This document shows positions 48,995 to 62,739 of a stretch of DNA of 64,000 bases, one piece after another. This stretch comes from Hypanus sabinus (taxonomy: Eukaryota), in NCBI RefSeq assembly GCF_030144855.1, contig NC_082733.1, positions 12,462,001 through 12,526,000 on the forward strand. The letters are read 5' to 3'. Within the stretch, counting starts at the first letter, position 1. Each line of letters begins with the position of its first letter. A program made the translations under genes and the position numbers. The notes below the pieces were generated by a model. The model was not told the origin of the DNA. It did not search any database and worked only from the letters and a program-made list of their open reading frames with translations.

Positions 48995-51199
48995 TAAGTG
49001 TGACCATTTTAAATGTGACATGTGTTAAGTGTACCTGGTTGTGCATGGTTAAAATAAAACTCATGAATGTCCCCCAGTGAGTCAGGTTACATATCTCCCG
49101 GCAAAACTAAACCAGAACTGCCTTGGAATTGAGGGATCAAGGGGAGGGGCACCATGAGAAGAAGTGGCTGGACTGCTAGAGAGATTCATAAACAGAGCAG
49201 GGTTTTGCACTGTAGTACCAGGTCAGTCAATGCAGCCATTCCACAGGAAGCATCTCTCATCCCTTTCTGTTCTGTCTGATCAATGCTTATCCAGCTTTCC
49301 TTCCACTCCCTGCGAGAGCATGTTCTATAATCCATCAGCAGGGTTTTCCTCGACTCCTATTGGACTTGCTGTGTTGTCAAAAGATTCCCCTCCCACCTCC
49401 CCCCCCACCCCACCCTGACTGAACTGCAAACCAGCATCTTAAACCAGGTGCACGTGTGACAGGGCTAGGCCTTAACCAGTGATTTGTAAATTCACCTTCT
49501 TCTTCGTGTGGCCTCTGCGCTTGACTCGAAATCCTCCCTGTTCTCACTTGCCTTTCAGTTTGCCACGGGGCTTCTTGGAGTGACCTGTTAATGCTGCATA
49601 TTGTGCTTGCATCTCAAATGAAACAAACAGAAGACCAAAAGACAACATGTACAAGGATATTTAGCAATATTCATTTCATTTAGCAGAATGATTTTGTTGT
49701 CAAATGCTTCCATGGCCTAATCTCCACTCCTGTGCCAGAAGTTCTGTTCCACCTACTCTTATTGAATCATAGATACAGGCTACTTGGCCCAACTAATCCG
49801 TGCCAACCAGTAGGCACCCTTCCTTATTAGTCCCATCTCCCTGTAGTAGGTCCATAGACCTCTGGGTCCAAGTGATGCAAGTTTCTTCCGGACATTTCTT
49901 AAATGCTGGCAGACACCCAGCTTCCAGCACTCTCTGGCAATGTGTACCAGGAAATCACCACCCTCTGGTGAAGAAGATGGTTCCCCTTTTCTCTTCTGAA
50001 TCTTTTCCTCCTTACCCTAAATCTAAGTCTTTGTCTACATCTGATATGGGGAAAGATTTCCTGATCCTCATTCAGCAGTAGTGAGCAGGCCCAGACACCA
50101 CAGATGACCTCAAGGACTATTTGAAAAGGGCCACAGAGACAGAGCCATCCTTTATTGCAGTTGGCATCAGGGTCAATCTGTTGTGAATCATTTTCAGGAA
50201 GGGGATTTAACCTCTTCAGTGAGGTAGAAATGTTGGAGCCAGGAGCACATTTGAGAAAAGCAACCCTAAACCCTTGTCAAACGGCACACTCCACATTCTC
50301 ATTTCTCTCGTTGTGACTTTCCTTGCCAGGTGGCCCTCCTCATTCTTTCTCTCCAACTTCTCGGCGGATGTTGTCGAGCTCACATTATCTTTTTCCAATC
50401 CATACACTTCAGGGGCATTTGCTCCTGAGAAATACCTCCTCAGACCAAGATACATAGTGCAGCTTTGGTTCCTCCGTCCTTCGCTATCTTCTCTCTGTTT
50501 GAGGAGCAGTGACCTTTGCGGTTCCTCATCCATCCGGAAGTCAGAAGGTCGTGCGTTCAAAAAGATCGATCCCTAAGGAGGTTTGGTGACATTGGTGGAA
50601 AAGAAACTGAAATAGCTTCTCCAGTCAAAGATCTGCCTTCAGATTGTGGGTTCACGCCCTCCCCCCCCCACACCGAGGCAGAGCATATAGTTCAGAATGT
50701 GAATTATGTAATTAAAACCTTACCCCAAACTGACTACACGTGATTTGAACCCAACCCAAGCCTGGTTTTGCAGCCCAGACCTGAGCTGACGTTTAGGAGA
50801 AGTAATCTCCCACATTCTATAATACTAGTGGGATCAGAGTGACCGGAGATTAAGTACTAAACCAGGCTAGCACAGTCAGACCCTGCCCATGGCGTAGCAG
50901 TGTATACTCTCAACCCTGACATATGGTGGGCTAGGGTCTGGTAACCACTCAGGGAATACTACAGCTGCACTGCGAGCTGATAATCTTGTAGAACTGCACA
51001 ATACTGGGACGTTGGGGGTAGGAGCCAGATTATGTCAGTGGGCCCCCGGAGCCCGCTTGGGCATTCAGTAAAGATAAGGTTGATAAGACCCCTGCCTCCG
51101 TCCCATTTTAATGCCGGTTTGCTGTAGCACTTGATTGGCAGAACACTGCTTATTGGAGGCCTGAATGCACTTGGCCTCCACAACTACCGTGGGTGGAAG

Positions 51200-53925
51200 A
51201 TTTCAGGATCGGGTTTAATATCACTGGCATACGTCATGAAACCTGTTGTTTTGCAACTGCAGTATACTGCAGTTTATGATTGTTAGAACTATGAATTACA
51301 GTAAGAAATCTGTATATAAAATCTGATGGTGGAGGGGAAGAAGCTGGTCCTAAAATGTTGCATGTCTTCCGGCCCCTATACCTCCCCCCGAAGAGAAGGC
51401 GGCAAGTCCCAGACTGTGAGGATCCTCAATGGTGGGTGCATTCTCCTTGAGGCACTGCCTCTTGAAGTTGCCCTCGATGGTGTGGAGGGTCATGCCTGCG
51501 GTGGAGCAGTCTGCGTCTACAACCCTGTGCGGCCTCTTTTGATCGTCTGCGTTGGAGGCTTCATGCCAAGCAGTAATGCAGCTGGTTGGAATGCTCTTCA
51601 CCGTACATCTGTAGAAACGTGCCAGTCACACCAAATCTCCTGATGGAGTAAAGCCTCTGATGTGCCTCCTCACGATTACCTGGCTAGGCCCAGGACACAT
51701 CCCGTGAGATGTTGATGGCCCAGGAACCTGAAGCTGCTCACCCTCCCATTAGATTTTTAGACCGGTTCATGAACACTACCTGACTATTCCTGTTTGGCGC
51801 TATTTATTTATTTTGATGGCTTACAGCTGCCACAGTCAGCATATTTCATGACAAATGTTAGTAATGGTAGACCTGATTCTGATTCAGTGTCAAAGAGTGA
51901 GGTCAACGTTGGATCGGCATTGATGGCACTGAATGGAGAAGCAGGCACAGGAGACTGTCACAACACAGAACAGTAGTGTACAGGAACAGGCTCTGCAACC
52001 CACGATACTTTGCCAAACTAGTTAAACTAGTCATTTATATCTAATTAAACTAACACCTTCTGCCTACATAATCTCCATATCCTTCCGCACTCTGCATATC
52101 CATGTTGCTACCTGATAGCTGTGTATCTCTGTCACGTTTGTTCACACTTGAGTGTGTTCTCCTGACTTGCCCTTTCTGAGGTCCCCAGTCAGTTCCTCAG
52201 TCTTGCTGATGTTGAGCTGTTAATTGCAACGTCACTCACCCAGTCGATCTTTCTCACTCCTGTGCACCTCGTCATCGGCATCTAGGATTCTGACGACAAC
52301 ACCGTCACCGTTGAGTTTATAAATGGTGTTTGAGCTACGGCTATCCCCACAGTAATGAGTGTAGAGAGAATGGAGAAATGCAGCCATGAACTGCGCCTGT
52401 GTTAAATGTCAGCAAAGAGGGGATGTTATTTCTCAAAGTTCAAAGTAAAATTATTATCAAAGTACATGTGTGCACCATATACAGCCCTGAGATTTGTTTT
52501 CTTGTGGGCATACTCAGTAAATCCAAGAAGCATAGTAGAATCAATGGAAGACACACGGAACAGAGCAGGCAACCAGTGAGAAAAAGGTAACAAAACTCTG
52601 CAAGTACAAAAGAGAATGAATAAATAAATAAATATGCAATGAATATTGAGAACATGAGACGAAGAGTCATTAAATTCTGGGAACAGTTCAGTGATGGGCC
52701 AAGTTAAGTTGAACGAGATTCAAGAGCCTGATGGTTGGAGGGTAATAACTGTTCCTGAACTTGGTGGTGAGAGTCCTGAGCTCCTGTAGCACCTTCCTGA
52801 TGGAAACAGTTAGGAGAGAGCAAGACCTGGGTGATGGGGTCCCTGATGATGGATGCTGCTTTCCTGCAGCAACGCTTCATGTAGATGTGCTCAAAGCAGG
52901 GGAGGGCTTTATGCGTGATGGACTGGGCTACTTTTCTGGCATTTTTCATTCATTGGCATGGGTGTTTCCATACCAGGCTGTGATGTAACCAGTCCACCAC
53001 ACATCTACAAAAGTTTGTCAGAGTATTAGATGTCTTGCCAAATCTTCGCAAACTTATAAGGAAGTAGAGGCACTGCTGTGCATTCTTCATAATTGCATTT
53101 GGGTACTGGGACTAGGATGGGTCCTCTTGCCACTAGAGCACAAAGAAATTTAAACTGCGCATAAAAGGTTGTCACCCTCCACCTCGTTGGCATGTTAAGT
53201 ATATTTCATGATCATATTTCCTTTTCCGGTTTTTAGTGTGGACGGTGTTGACAACATGGAGTTTGTGATGACTTGTCTGTAGATTTTGGAACCGATTTAT
53301 TTTTATTGAAGAAATTGCGCACACGTTGTTGTCACTGTCTAGCTGTTCCAGGGTTGAGCGAAGAGCTGATGAAATGCTGTGGACCCGTTGTGCCGGTAGG
53401 CAAATTGGACCGGATCCAAGTTGCTTCTCATGCAGGAGTTGATGTGTTTCATCATCAACCTCTCAAAATACTTCATAGTATTTGGAAATGCTACAGGACA
53501 AACTATGGTCTCAATGAAGTTAATCCAGTTGCAGAGGGAGGTACTAAGGCCCAGGTTTTAAAGGGTGTCGATTAATACTGAGGGGATGATTCTGTTGAAC
53601 ATCAAGCTGTATTCGACGGACAGCAGCCTGACATGGGCATTGCTATTGTTCAGGTGGTCAGAGTTCAACTGGAGAGTCGGTAAGATTGTGTCCACTGTAG
53701 ACCAGTTGTGGCAATAGGGTCCATGCCCTTGCTTAGGCAAGAGTTAAGTCTAGGCATGACCAACCCCTCAAAGTACTTCATCACAGTAGATGTGGGTGCT
53801 ACCAGACAATAGTCATTGAGGCAGCTCGCCCAGCTGTTCCTGGGCGCTGGTAGGATTGCGGCCCTTTTGAAGCAGGTGGTGATTTCTGACAGCAGCAGGA
53901 AGAAGGTGAAGATGTCCTTGGACAG
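51200..53925 (-). mobile_element. Cluster of Rex1/Babar LINE fragments
   Basis: Several decayed pieces, mostly minus strand (SCITAW, KAASIIRDP, HVRLLSVEYS..FN.IIP). Confidence 0.7.
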
Positions 53926-54679
53926 TTGGGTAGCATTGCAGCCAATGCATCCATTGTCTCTGTGGTCACTTCCTTTAAAACACCAGTATGTAGGCCATCA
54001 GCTCAGTGCACTTCAACACCATTGGATGGCCTAGTTCTTTTTCTCTGTTGATAAAGACTTTATCCCTTCCTTATTTATTATACATTTTATGGTGTCTTCT
54101 CCACAAAGATCGATCCAACATAATTATTTTGAATCTCTGCCATTTTTATTTCATATTATTGGCTCAAATGGTTCAAGAAGTACCAGACTCTGGGAATAGC
54201 TGCAACACAGAATGCTGGACTGGAGGATTTCAACCTGGGTTTACTAGTTTTTCCTTGTCTCCTCCCTCAGTGATCTTTTTTTTTGTCATTTTTTAATAGT
54301 TCCTTTTAAAAATAAAATTCTCAAACCAATACACTACCATTAATCTTGTATAGCTTTTCCTTCAGATTGATGACATCCTTAATTTCTAAGTTGGCCACAG
54401 AAGTTCTGATCAGTGGCAGCCTAACCTAGTCAGTTTTACCTTGGATCTCAATCACCTCATTCCAGGAATTAACTAGGTGAACCTTTAACTACTGCCATTG
54501 CAAGTGTATCCCTTCTCGAATGGGGAGGCCAAAGTTCTCTAGTCACCGGCCTCTGCTCCTCCTTGTTTTAGTTCCATTTTTTTCTCAGGAGAATAGGTCA
54601 CGTTTCCAGCGACCTACCTTCCCAGATCCTGTTCCTGCAGTATGTCCAGTAACAACGTCTCAGCGATGAGAGTTTCTTT

Positions 54680-55105
54680 ATTAAACACAACTATGAGAAA
54701 ATCTACAGATGCTGGATGTAGGGAGCAACACACACAAAATGCTAGAGGAACTCAGCGGGTCAGGCAGCATCTGTGGAAATGCCTCCCAGGCCAAGACCCT
54801 TCTTCAGGACTGAAAAGGAAAGGGGTAAGATGCCAGAATAGAAAGGTGGGGCATGGGGAAAGGGGGAATAGTTTGAAGGTGATGGGTAAAGCCAGGTAAG
54901 TGGGGAAAGGCAAAGGAGAGGAAGGACTCTGAGAGGAGAGGAGAATGGATGATGTGGGAAAGGCAAGAAGAGAGGGAGCCCCGGGGGGGGGGGGGGGAGT
55001 AATATGGAGAATAAAAGAAGAGGCGGGGGGGGGAGGGAATTTTTTTTTACCAGAAGGAGAAATCGATATTCATGCCATCAGGTTGGAGGCTACTTATTAT
55101 AAACG
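54680..55105 (-). mobile_element. Penelope-like element 3' end / pLTR
   Basis: Minus-strand SLQPDGMNIDFSFW, pyrimidine-rich tract, CAGTC-CTGAAGA-AGGGTCTTGGCCT core, and the same terminal arm as 25300-25393. Confidence 0.82.
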
Positions 55106-55269
55106 TTTGCCTCTTACCAATGCAAGTATCCAATTTAAGTAACCTGCATTTCTTTGAACAAATGTGATTTGGAATTATTAATTGAGAAGGAATATTATAT
55201 AGGTTGCCACTTATTCTAAAGATTCCTTTGTTCACTGTAGTTGATCGTAATTTTCCATTCTATTCACAG

Positions 55270-55388
55270 TCACAGTTAGAAGGCTTGTCAAAGAAAAGCA
55301 GCTACTCTATACGGATGGTAGAGAGATGGTTTCGAAGGAGACGAAATCAAGACAGACCAAGCTTAATGAAGAAATTTCGAGAAGCTTG
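55270..55388 (+). CDS. CERS3: CERS3-like coding exon 3 (Hox-like domain)
   Basis: tcacag|TCA...TG|gtatgt, 119 nt. Encodes [39 protein letters not shown], with the CerS homeodomain-like motif [14 protein letters not shown]. Confidence 0.95.
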
Positions 55389-55867
55389 GTATGTTTAAAA
55401 TGTTTTCCTTCAGATGTTTCCTGTGCTATCTTAATTTATGAGAATACCAGATTGTTTGGGAAACAACAGCTGCATTGCTGTAAAGAACAGACGTCTTGTG
55501 AAAAGGAACAAATCTACTTTGGGGGAAAAAAACGTGCACTCACTAATGCCTTGAAGCACAACTTCCCAACCTTTATCCCCCTTTCCCTTTCCAGCAAGAT
55601 ATGAGCATTCATCTAATTTTTGTAATTACTTGCTATAACATGCAAATTTTCAGTGATTTGTGCATGTGAATCGCCAGATCTCTCCCTCTCTCTATAAATG
55701 AAGAAGTGTTTCTGTTGGCTCGAGGGTCAGTGATCAGGGGTGATGAGCTGAGTGGCTGTCGATATGTGAAGCAGTCGCCTTTCCTGCTGTTGAAAAAGTA
55801 ACACATGTTCCTTCATTGCAGTCAGTGAAGAGAGATAACATATGGAATAAACACTTTTGTTTTCTAG

Positions 55868-55925
55868 CTGGCGTTGTACATTTTATCTCCTAGCGTTTAT
55901 CGGAGGGATTGCTGTCCTCATTGAT
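55868..55925 (+). CDS. CERS3: CERS3-like coding exon 4
   Basis: ttctag|C...GAT|gtaagt, 58 nt. Encodes (C)WRCTFYLLAFIGGIAVLID, the start of the TLC domain. Confidence 0.93.
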
Positions 55926-57449
55926 GTAAGTACTTCACTCTACAATTCGCTACCGTAAACCTGTCTCAGCACCTTCATGCCAGTGAGCCTTGGACACGTT
56001 GAATTTTGATAGACCACAAGCCTTTCCATTGATTCCTGGAAATGAGGCAGCAAGTGAGTGCAAATCCAAGAACATTTACCACATCCTTCCTTGCAGTGTG
56101 TGGCTGCTTTAACCCTGCTGCTTATGTCATTGGCTGAATGTTTCCCTATCTCCAGCAGGGGTTAGTGAGAAAGGGGGCAGACACTGGATAGTGAATGGAG
56201 CCTCTGTCTCACCATGTCAGATCGCAGATGAAATCCTGACTTGTAATGCTGTCTGTGTAAGCTTGCACGTTCTCGTTGTCGCTGCATGGGTTTCCCAGGT
56301 CCTCTGGTTTCCTCCACACCCCACAGTCTCGCGGGTCGGTAGGCTGCCGTAAAATGCTCCAGGTGTGCAGAGGAGTGTTGGAATCTCTGGGGGGGGGGGG
56401 GGCAGGTGGTGGTAGGGAGTTGATGGGAATGTGGAGAGAATTTGTAGAAGTGGGATTTATGGATGATTATTGTGATTGGACAGTCAACAGAGACTCTGGG
56501 CTGAAAGCCGCCTTCTGTGTTGCATCCCTCTAGAATGTAAAACAGTACAAGTACAGGCCCTTTAGCTCACCAAACTTGCTGGTTAATGACACACATAATC
56601 CCTTCTTCCTGCATCTTGCACCTATCCTTGCATGTTAATGTACCTATCGATAGAAGCATTTAAGGTGCATCTTAAAACACAACTATTGTGTCTGCACACC
56701 CCCATCTGCCTCAGTAAGTAGAGTCTAATGCGGTCACCACTTTAACTGTCCAGCAACACAGGCACCCACCAAAGCCACCCAAAACAACACTGCCTTGGAC
56801 GGGGCTGCAGCGCGAGACTGGAGGACAAAATCTCTATTTTACCCCCTCATAGACTACTGCTTTTCTCCACTGTTTCCCATGCCCCTTGGCACTGCAGCCC
56901 TCAAGATTATTCTGACGAATCTATACAGGACACACCCACACATCCACAGCTGTGAAAAAAAGTGATGGTGAAACTTGGGGTGTGGTTCCAGCCTAAAACT
57001 GCTGGTTACAAACTGCTTGAGGTCCTCGCTGTCTGTGACCTCGGCGTATTAATGTGACTGTGTTGGTGCCACCCTAAAATTTACGCCAGTAAAGAAGCAC
57101 AGACGTCACCTGATGAAGGTGTCCTCTGACTGCCACCTGAGGTACAGGCCACCAAACCCTGGGCTCCTGCTGAGAAGCGAGTTGCAGCTTTAATATATTA
57201 GTTGTCATTGTGCTCTCACTGCTTGCGTCAGACGCCGTTTTATAGGAGCCGGCGTTGCACACTGATTCAGCCCTCCCAGGCGTCGCACATTCTGCTGCTG
57301 TGCAGTTCAGTTGGATCCTATAGAGATAAACATGTTAACACTATCTGACCATCAGCACACTGGGCGGTTCAAAATGCAGCATCCTTTGTAATGATTCCAA
57401 ATACTGTGTCAATGTAGGACAAACAGCTGGGAAAATAATGAGTTATGGA

Positions 57450-58010
57450 GCACTGTGGTACAAAGGGAGGCCCTTTGGCTCATCTACATGCACCTGGACC
57501 ATAGCCTTCCATCCTCCTCATTCCCGTACCTGTCCAATCTTCTCAGAGAATTAACATTGAATCCGCATCCACCGCTTGTGCTGAGAGCTTGTTCCATACT
57601 CACACCCCCTACTAATTGAAAGTTCCCCCTCAGTTTCCCCTTAAATATTTCATCTTTCACTCTGAGCCCATGACCTGTAGTTCAGGTCTCAGCCAGTCTC
57701 GGGGGAAAGCCTCCAGACAATCACCTTATCAATACCCCTCATAAATTTGTATATCACTATATGATCTCCCACTATTCTGCAGTCCAGCGACTTATTCAAC
57801 CTTTCCCTACAACACCGGTCCTCAAGTCCCAGCAACTTTCTTGTAAATTTTCTCTGCACCCTTTCGAGATACCTTTTCTGCAGGTAGGTGAACAGAACTG
57901 CACACAATACAGTAAGTTCAGCCCCAGAACTTCAACGTAACAGCCCAACTCCTGTACTCAGTACCCTGATATTTGAAGGCCAATGTGGCAAAAGCTCTGT
58001 TAATGAACCT
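57450..58010 (-). mobile_element. CR1 LINE 3' fragment
   Basis: LERVQRKFTRKLLGLE, IYKFMRGIDKV. Confidence 0.8.
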
Positions 58011-59805
58011 ATCTGGCCAAAGACTGTCTAAGGAGGCGTGCTTTATCTTTGAAAAGGTGGGTGGGGAATCAGCTGATTCTGCTATCAGACACAGCAAGTT
58101 AAGGTGAGGGCTGCCAGTGGGAGAATACCAAAGAGGAACAGATCCTGAATCTTTGCTCTGTCTCTTTTCTAAAAAATCCACAAGGGGCGAACTGAAACTC
58201 AGCCAATGCAAAGGAGTGTAGTCTAGGGCCCTTCTCTTGTGCAAATGGAGAGGTGGTGTTGGGTGGGGAGGTTCCTTGGAGCAGTGTAAAGAGTGTATCA
58301 CCTCACGTTTGTTTTTTTTACCACTACTAAGTGTATCGACCAGGAATGTGTAAGTTTTTGCACTGTTGCTTCCTTTGCGATTTTTTTTTATTGTGAATAG
58401 TCTACTTTTGAAATATTTCCAAAATCACCTTCAGCAACACAAACAGCGACACTGGAACAATGCAGGGATTACTAAGGATGACGTGTATTCATGAAGCATT
58501 CCATGTTTTTCATGATCTGTGACTGTTCCCTGGGATGCATACCGAGTTAAAACATTGGCTGCTGGAAGATTGTCAACTTAGTAAAAGGTGAACTTTGGTC
58601 AGCCCAAAGCTTGCTGGTCTTCCAGTGCAAGGAGATGTCTACAAGTGAATATAGCTGACTGGCCAACTCCAGCATGCCAAGGGACACATTGAAGTTGGGA
58701 AGGACCATAGTCTAGGATCCTTCTGCCACTGTACCCCATGGGGCTCGGTGTTGTGTACCAGCTCCTCATGGGGACACGGTTAAGGACAAAATAAGTGGCA
58801 TTGACATGATGTAGGAAAATTAATTGATGGTACAATAAATGTAGAAAAAGACGTGTACCAATTGTACTTCTGGTATATGTTACACAAACTTATGTTTGCA
58901 AGAAACCCACGCCCTTCCTGTGTAATACAAATTGGATCTGAATCTCCCGTAAGTGCTGGGACTGGATAGGGTAGGCAAACTGGGCAGCCTCTAATCAACC
59001 TTCTGATGCAGGGTCTTGATCTGAAAAGTTGACCATCCCTTTGCCCCCACAGATGCTGCCTGACCTGCTGAGTTCCTCCAGCAGATTGTTTTCATAACCC
59101 TCGGTCAAAGTGACACCTCTGCAAGGTTGTGGCCCAAGTACAGGCAAGAAGGGGCACCTGACAGCCCCACGTGTGGGGTGACAAGCAGATCACATTCCTG
59201 TGTTGCGTTACTTTGCCCCGTCTGAGATGTGCCGGAATCAGTTATAATATTTAACTAAGGCTGCTTATAAAATCTTTTTGTGAATTTGTACACATTTTCC
59301 ATGGGGAACTCGTTATAAATGCAGGCTACTGTGCAGTATTACTGCTTCAGTTTTTTTTCACGATGAAGTGATCCTAGAGGAATTGTTACTCATGCTCTCA
59401 CCAGACTTTACCTGAGGGTGAGTGGTGGGTGGATGGATGTTGCGTGCACACCAGTACTACGCTGCCGTTTCACCCTCCAGGCCAACGGGGCCGCAATTCG
59501 TCAGTCCAGGAGCCACGTGGGACATCTCAGGAAATTGGAGATAATTTCTGAAAAAACCCGCTGTTTCTGGTGGTGCTGCAAGAAACTGCAGATGCTGGAA
59601 TCAGGAGCAAAAGCAGTCTTCTGGAGGGACGAGAGCTGACAGCGTTACAGGTCAATCCAGAAGCAGTGTTCTGATCCGACACGTCAGCGGTTCCTTTCCT
59701 CCCAAAGATGCTGCTCGATGCAGAGTTTGTTTCCTCTGTTTGGTCATGATGCATTTCTAGTTTCAGTTAATTAACCCGGGCTGTACTTTTCTTTCTTTGT
59801 TACAG

Positions 59806-59856
59806 AAACCATGGTTTTATGATACGTGGGAAGTCTGGGTGGGATATCCTAAACAG
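59806..59856 (+). CDS. CERS3: CERS3-like coding exon 5
   Basis: Polypyrimidine tract, tacag|AAA...CAG|gtgagt, 51 nt. Encodes KPWFYDTWEVWVGYPKQ; WEVW..YPKQ is CERS3-like. Confidence 0.93.
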
Positions 59857-62646
59857 GTGAGTTGATCAGAGAGCTAGTTTGCTCTTGCACCATGTTGGCC
59901 AGGCAGCTTCCATCTTAACAGCTACACTTTTTTTTTTTGGCAGAGTCGACTTGTATTTGATGCAGGAAGTTGATTAGGATTTGCACTAATAGTTGACAAT
60001 GTTGAAGATTATCAAACAGGAGCAATGTTAGTGATAGGAAAAGGTTAATGTAACCTAATGCTGCTCATGAAAACTTTGGTTTCATCCCTGTCTCCTGAGA
60101 TCAAGACAGGACTGACCCACTGCCGAGGCTTTGCCAACACAACCTCATGCCCAGAAGTACAACATCCTCTAAGTTTCATTGTCATTAATGGAGGCAACTC
60201 CCCAGCATCTCAAGATAGCACCATAACCACTGATTAGTCACGATCAACAAAACTAGATCTCCATGAAGCCCAACAGCAGGTCCTGAACCTTCCAGGCTTT
60301 CCCCACAAGTGAAGTGCCTAAACAATGGGCAACTCTACAGGGGCCTGCGCCCCATGGAAATGAGGCTGCTGCTAATGGACATAACTTCATAGCATTCACT
60401 TAAATCATTCCTCCTTGCCTCCCTCTGTGTGGTTTCTTTCTTTCCCAAAAGTACCACCGGACCTACCCCTTCGAGAATTTAACTGAGGACTGCCGCTGAA
60501 AGAGCGCCCGTGGTTTGAGTGCCCTTTTGTCGGTAAGCTGCCTGGTGTAACCCAGTGGGTGGACACAGCTCACGTTCTCAGTGGTTAGGGATTGAGAGGC
60601 CAGTGTCTGTTCTGAGGTAGATTAATCACCCACTGTGCTGCTGTTTGGGGCAGGCAGGGAAGGTGCTGTCCACGCTGTCTGTAACGTGTGCTCCTTACAG
60701 GTGACAGGCTGTTCCTGAATCTGGACTGGTCTCTCGCTGTGGTCTGTGTTTGCCAGAGCTTTGTGAGGAGGACTTTGCAAGGGCTGGGAGCAAGTTTATA
60801 GGTCAACAACCAGAGTCATTTTAGTTTTGCTTCATTGGCTGTAATGTGGTAGTCACAGTACGACACAGAGACGGCAGTGGCCTTGCTTAAAGTCTGGAGC
60901 CAGTCCAGGTACGGATGACAGATTTCCTCGCCCACAAAGCATTATTGAAACAGTTTCACTACAGAGGAGGAAGTAGTATGGAATATTAATGGCAATTTAA
61001 TCCTTTCCTGGTCACCATTACTAAAATCAAAGAATTTCCAATAAGATTCGAGACTAATGATCAATTCGAATTCCACAGCTCCCAGGTTGGGAGTTGAACT
61101 CTCATTTCTTAATTTCTGACCCTGGCCTTTGAGTTACAAGTCAGTGATCTCTCTTCCCTGGCTGACTTTTACCCAAGCTTTTATTTTATCTGACTCTGCC
61201 AGGCGGTGCAGACGTAATGTGGTGGTAGTATGGAATCTCTTTGTCCTGTACAGCTTTGGCTGGGATCCTGTTACAAACAAGTTGAGCAAGATGCATCCCT
61301 ATGTCTACTGTGCTCTGGTTACAAGCTAAAAACACAATGTCTGACTGAACTTTCTGCTTGGACATTCCTGCAAGTTTTCTAGACGTATTCAGCAGGAGGC
61401 TGGGGAGTTAAATCCAAACAGGTCGACCGATTGCGTGCTGGCTAACTCCTCCCTGGGCATCGGACTCCATGTGGTACGCGGAGAAACATCTCACTTTCGC
61501 TTTGTGTATCATTTTTCATTCCTGTGCAAGTGCATCTAGGGTCCTTGTAGAAGGTCAGGTCAGGAATCTTGTGCTCTGTGTCTTCTGTAAACAGGTTGGC
61601 CCGTGGAGTTGTGACTCAGAAAGGTTTGGTGCAGTCGCGGTATCAGCATGGATGTTGGCAGCTCAGCCCACTGAATCCATATCAACCGTCAAGCATCCCG
61701 TTACGCTAATCCTACTCTCATCCCATTTTAACTTCCTCACATTCCCTGGAGTTTACTAATCAGCTCTAAATAGCATGGGCAATTTGTAGTGACTGGTTAG
61801 CCTACTATCCTGCACATTCTTGGATTGTGGGAGACTCGAGGAAGAAGATGCCCAAACTCCATTGTTTGATTTGGCGGGGGAGGCAACAGCTATACCACCG
61901 TGCAGCCCTTCCTCATCACAGGGAAGGCAGGAGGTAAATCTTTCTTCAGGGTGGAGTAAGTTAGAGTGAGTAAGGGCAAAGGAATCGGATCAGTTTTAAT
62001 ATCACCGGCATATGTCGTGGATGTTGTTAACTTTATATAAATTAACTAAGTAGTGCCAAAAAAAAAGGAAATAAAAAAAATGTAGTGAGGTGTTCATGGG
62101 TTCAATGCCCATTCAGAAATCAAATGGCAGAAGGGAAGAAGCCGCTCCTGAGTCATTGAGTGTGTGCCTTCGAGCTCAGCAGTTGGGGATGGTATAGACA
62201 CAGAGGCCAAAAGGCCAGACAGGGATGTCCAAGTGGACTGGGTACTCTGAAGACGGCAGAAAGAGTTTACAGACTGGAGTGAGTGTGCCACGGCAATAAA
62301 ATGGGTCAGTCCTATGGTGAGGTCACTTCAGTGCACTCTCTCTGCCAGCACCCTGCCCACTCATGCCATTCAATCTCTTTTGCTTTCCACCCTTTAAAGT
62401 ATCTTTGTTCTCAATATCCCTGAAATTTCAAACCTGTTTGAAAGATCAAGGGAATGCTTTTATTGATCGCTACAAGGGTATTATTTTTGTAGGATGGAGT
62501 TTTAAAAAAACTTTCAGTTGCGATGTAGCAGTCCACAGAATCTGTGGGCAGAATCTTCATTCATTCATCCATCATGCACCGTGTCAGGTCTGTAATGATA
62601 TTGCGAGCTTGCCTCATTGCTGGATGTCTCTCTCTTCTCTCCACAG

Positions 62647-62739
62647 ACATTGTTACCTTCCCAGTATTGGTACTATATCATTGAACTGAGTTTCTATTGG
62701 TCACTCTTGTTTAGTATTGCATCGGATGTGAAAAGAAAG
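62647..62739 (+). CDS. CERS3: CERS3-like coding exon 6 (gene continues beyond window)
   Basis: ccacag|ACA...AAG|gtaaag, 93 nt. Encodes [31 protein letters not shown]. The six exons total 612 nt (204 codons) with no stops. The Lag1p-motif exon was not found inside the window. Confidence 0.94.

Noticed and set aside
50216-50576. Overlapping 114-aa and 100-aa ORFs in non-repeat intronic DNA
   Set aside because: No recognisable domain, no supporting splice structure, and lengths are compatible with chance.
57105-57145. CTGATGA followed by a GGTG..CACC stem, a possible hammerhead
   Set aside because: No GAAA core after stem II and no Penelope arm adjacent.
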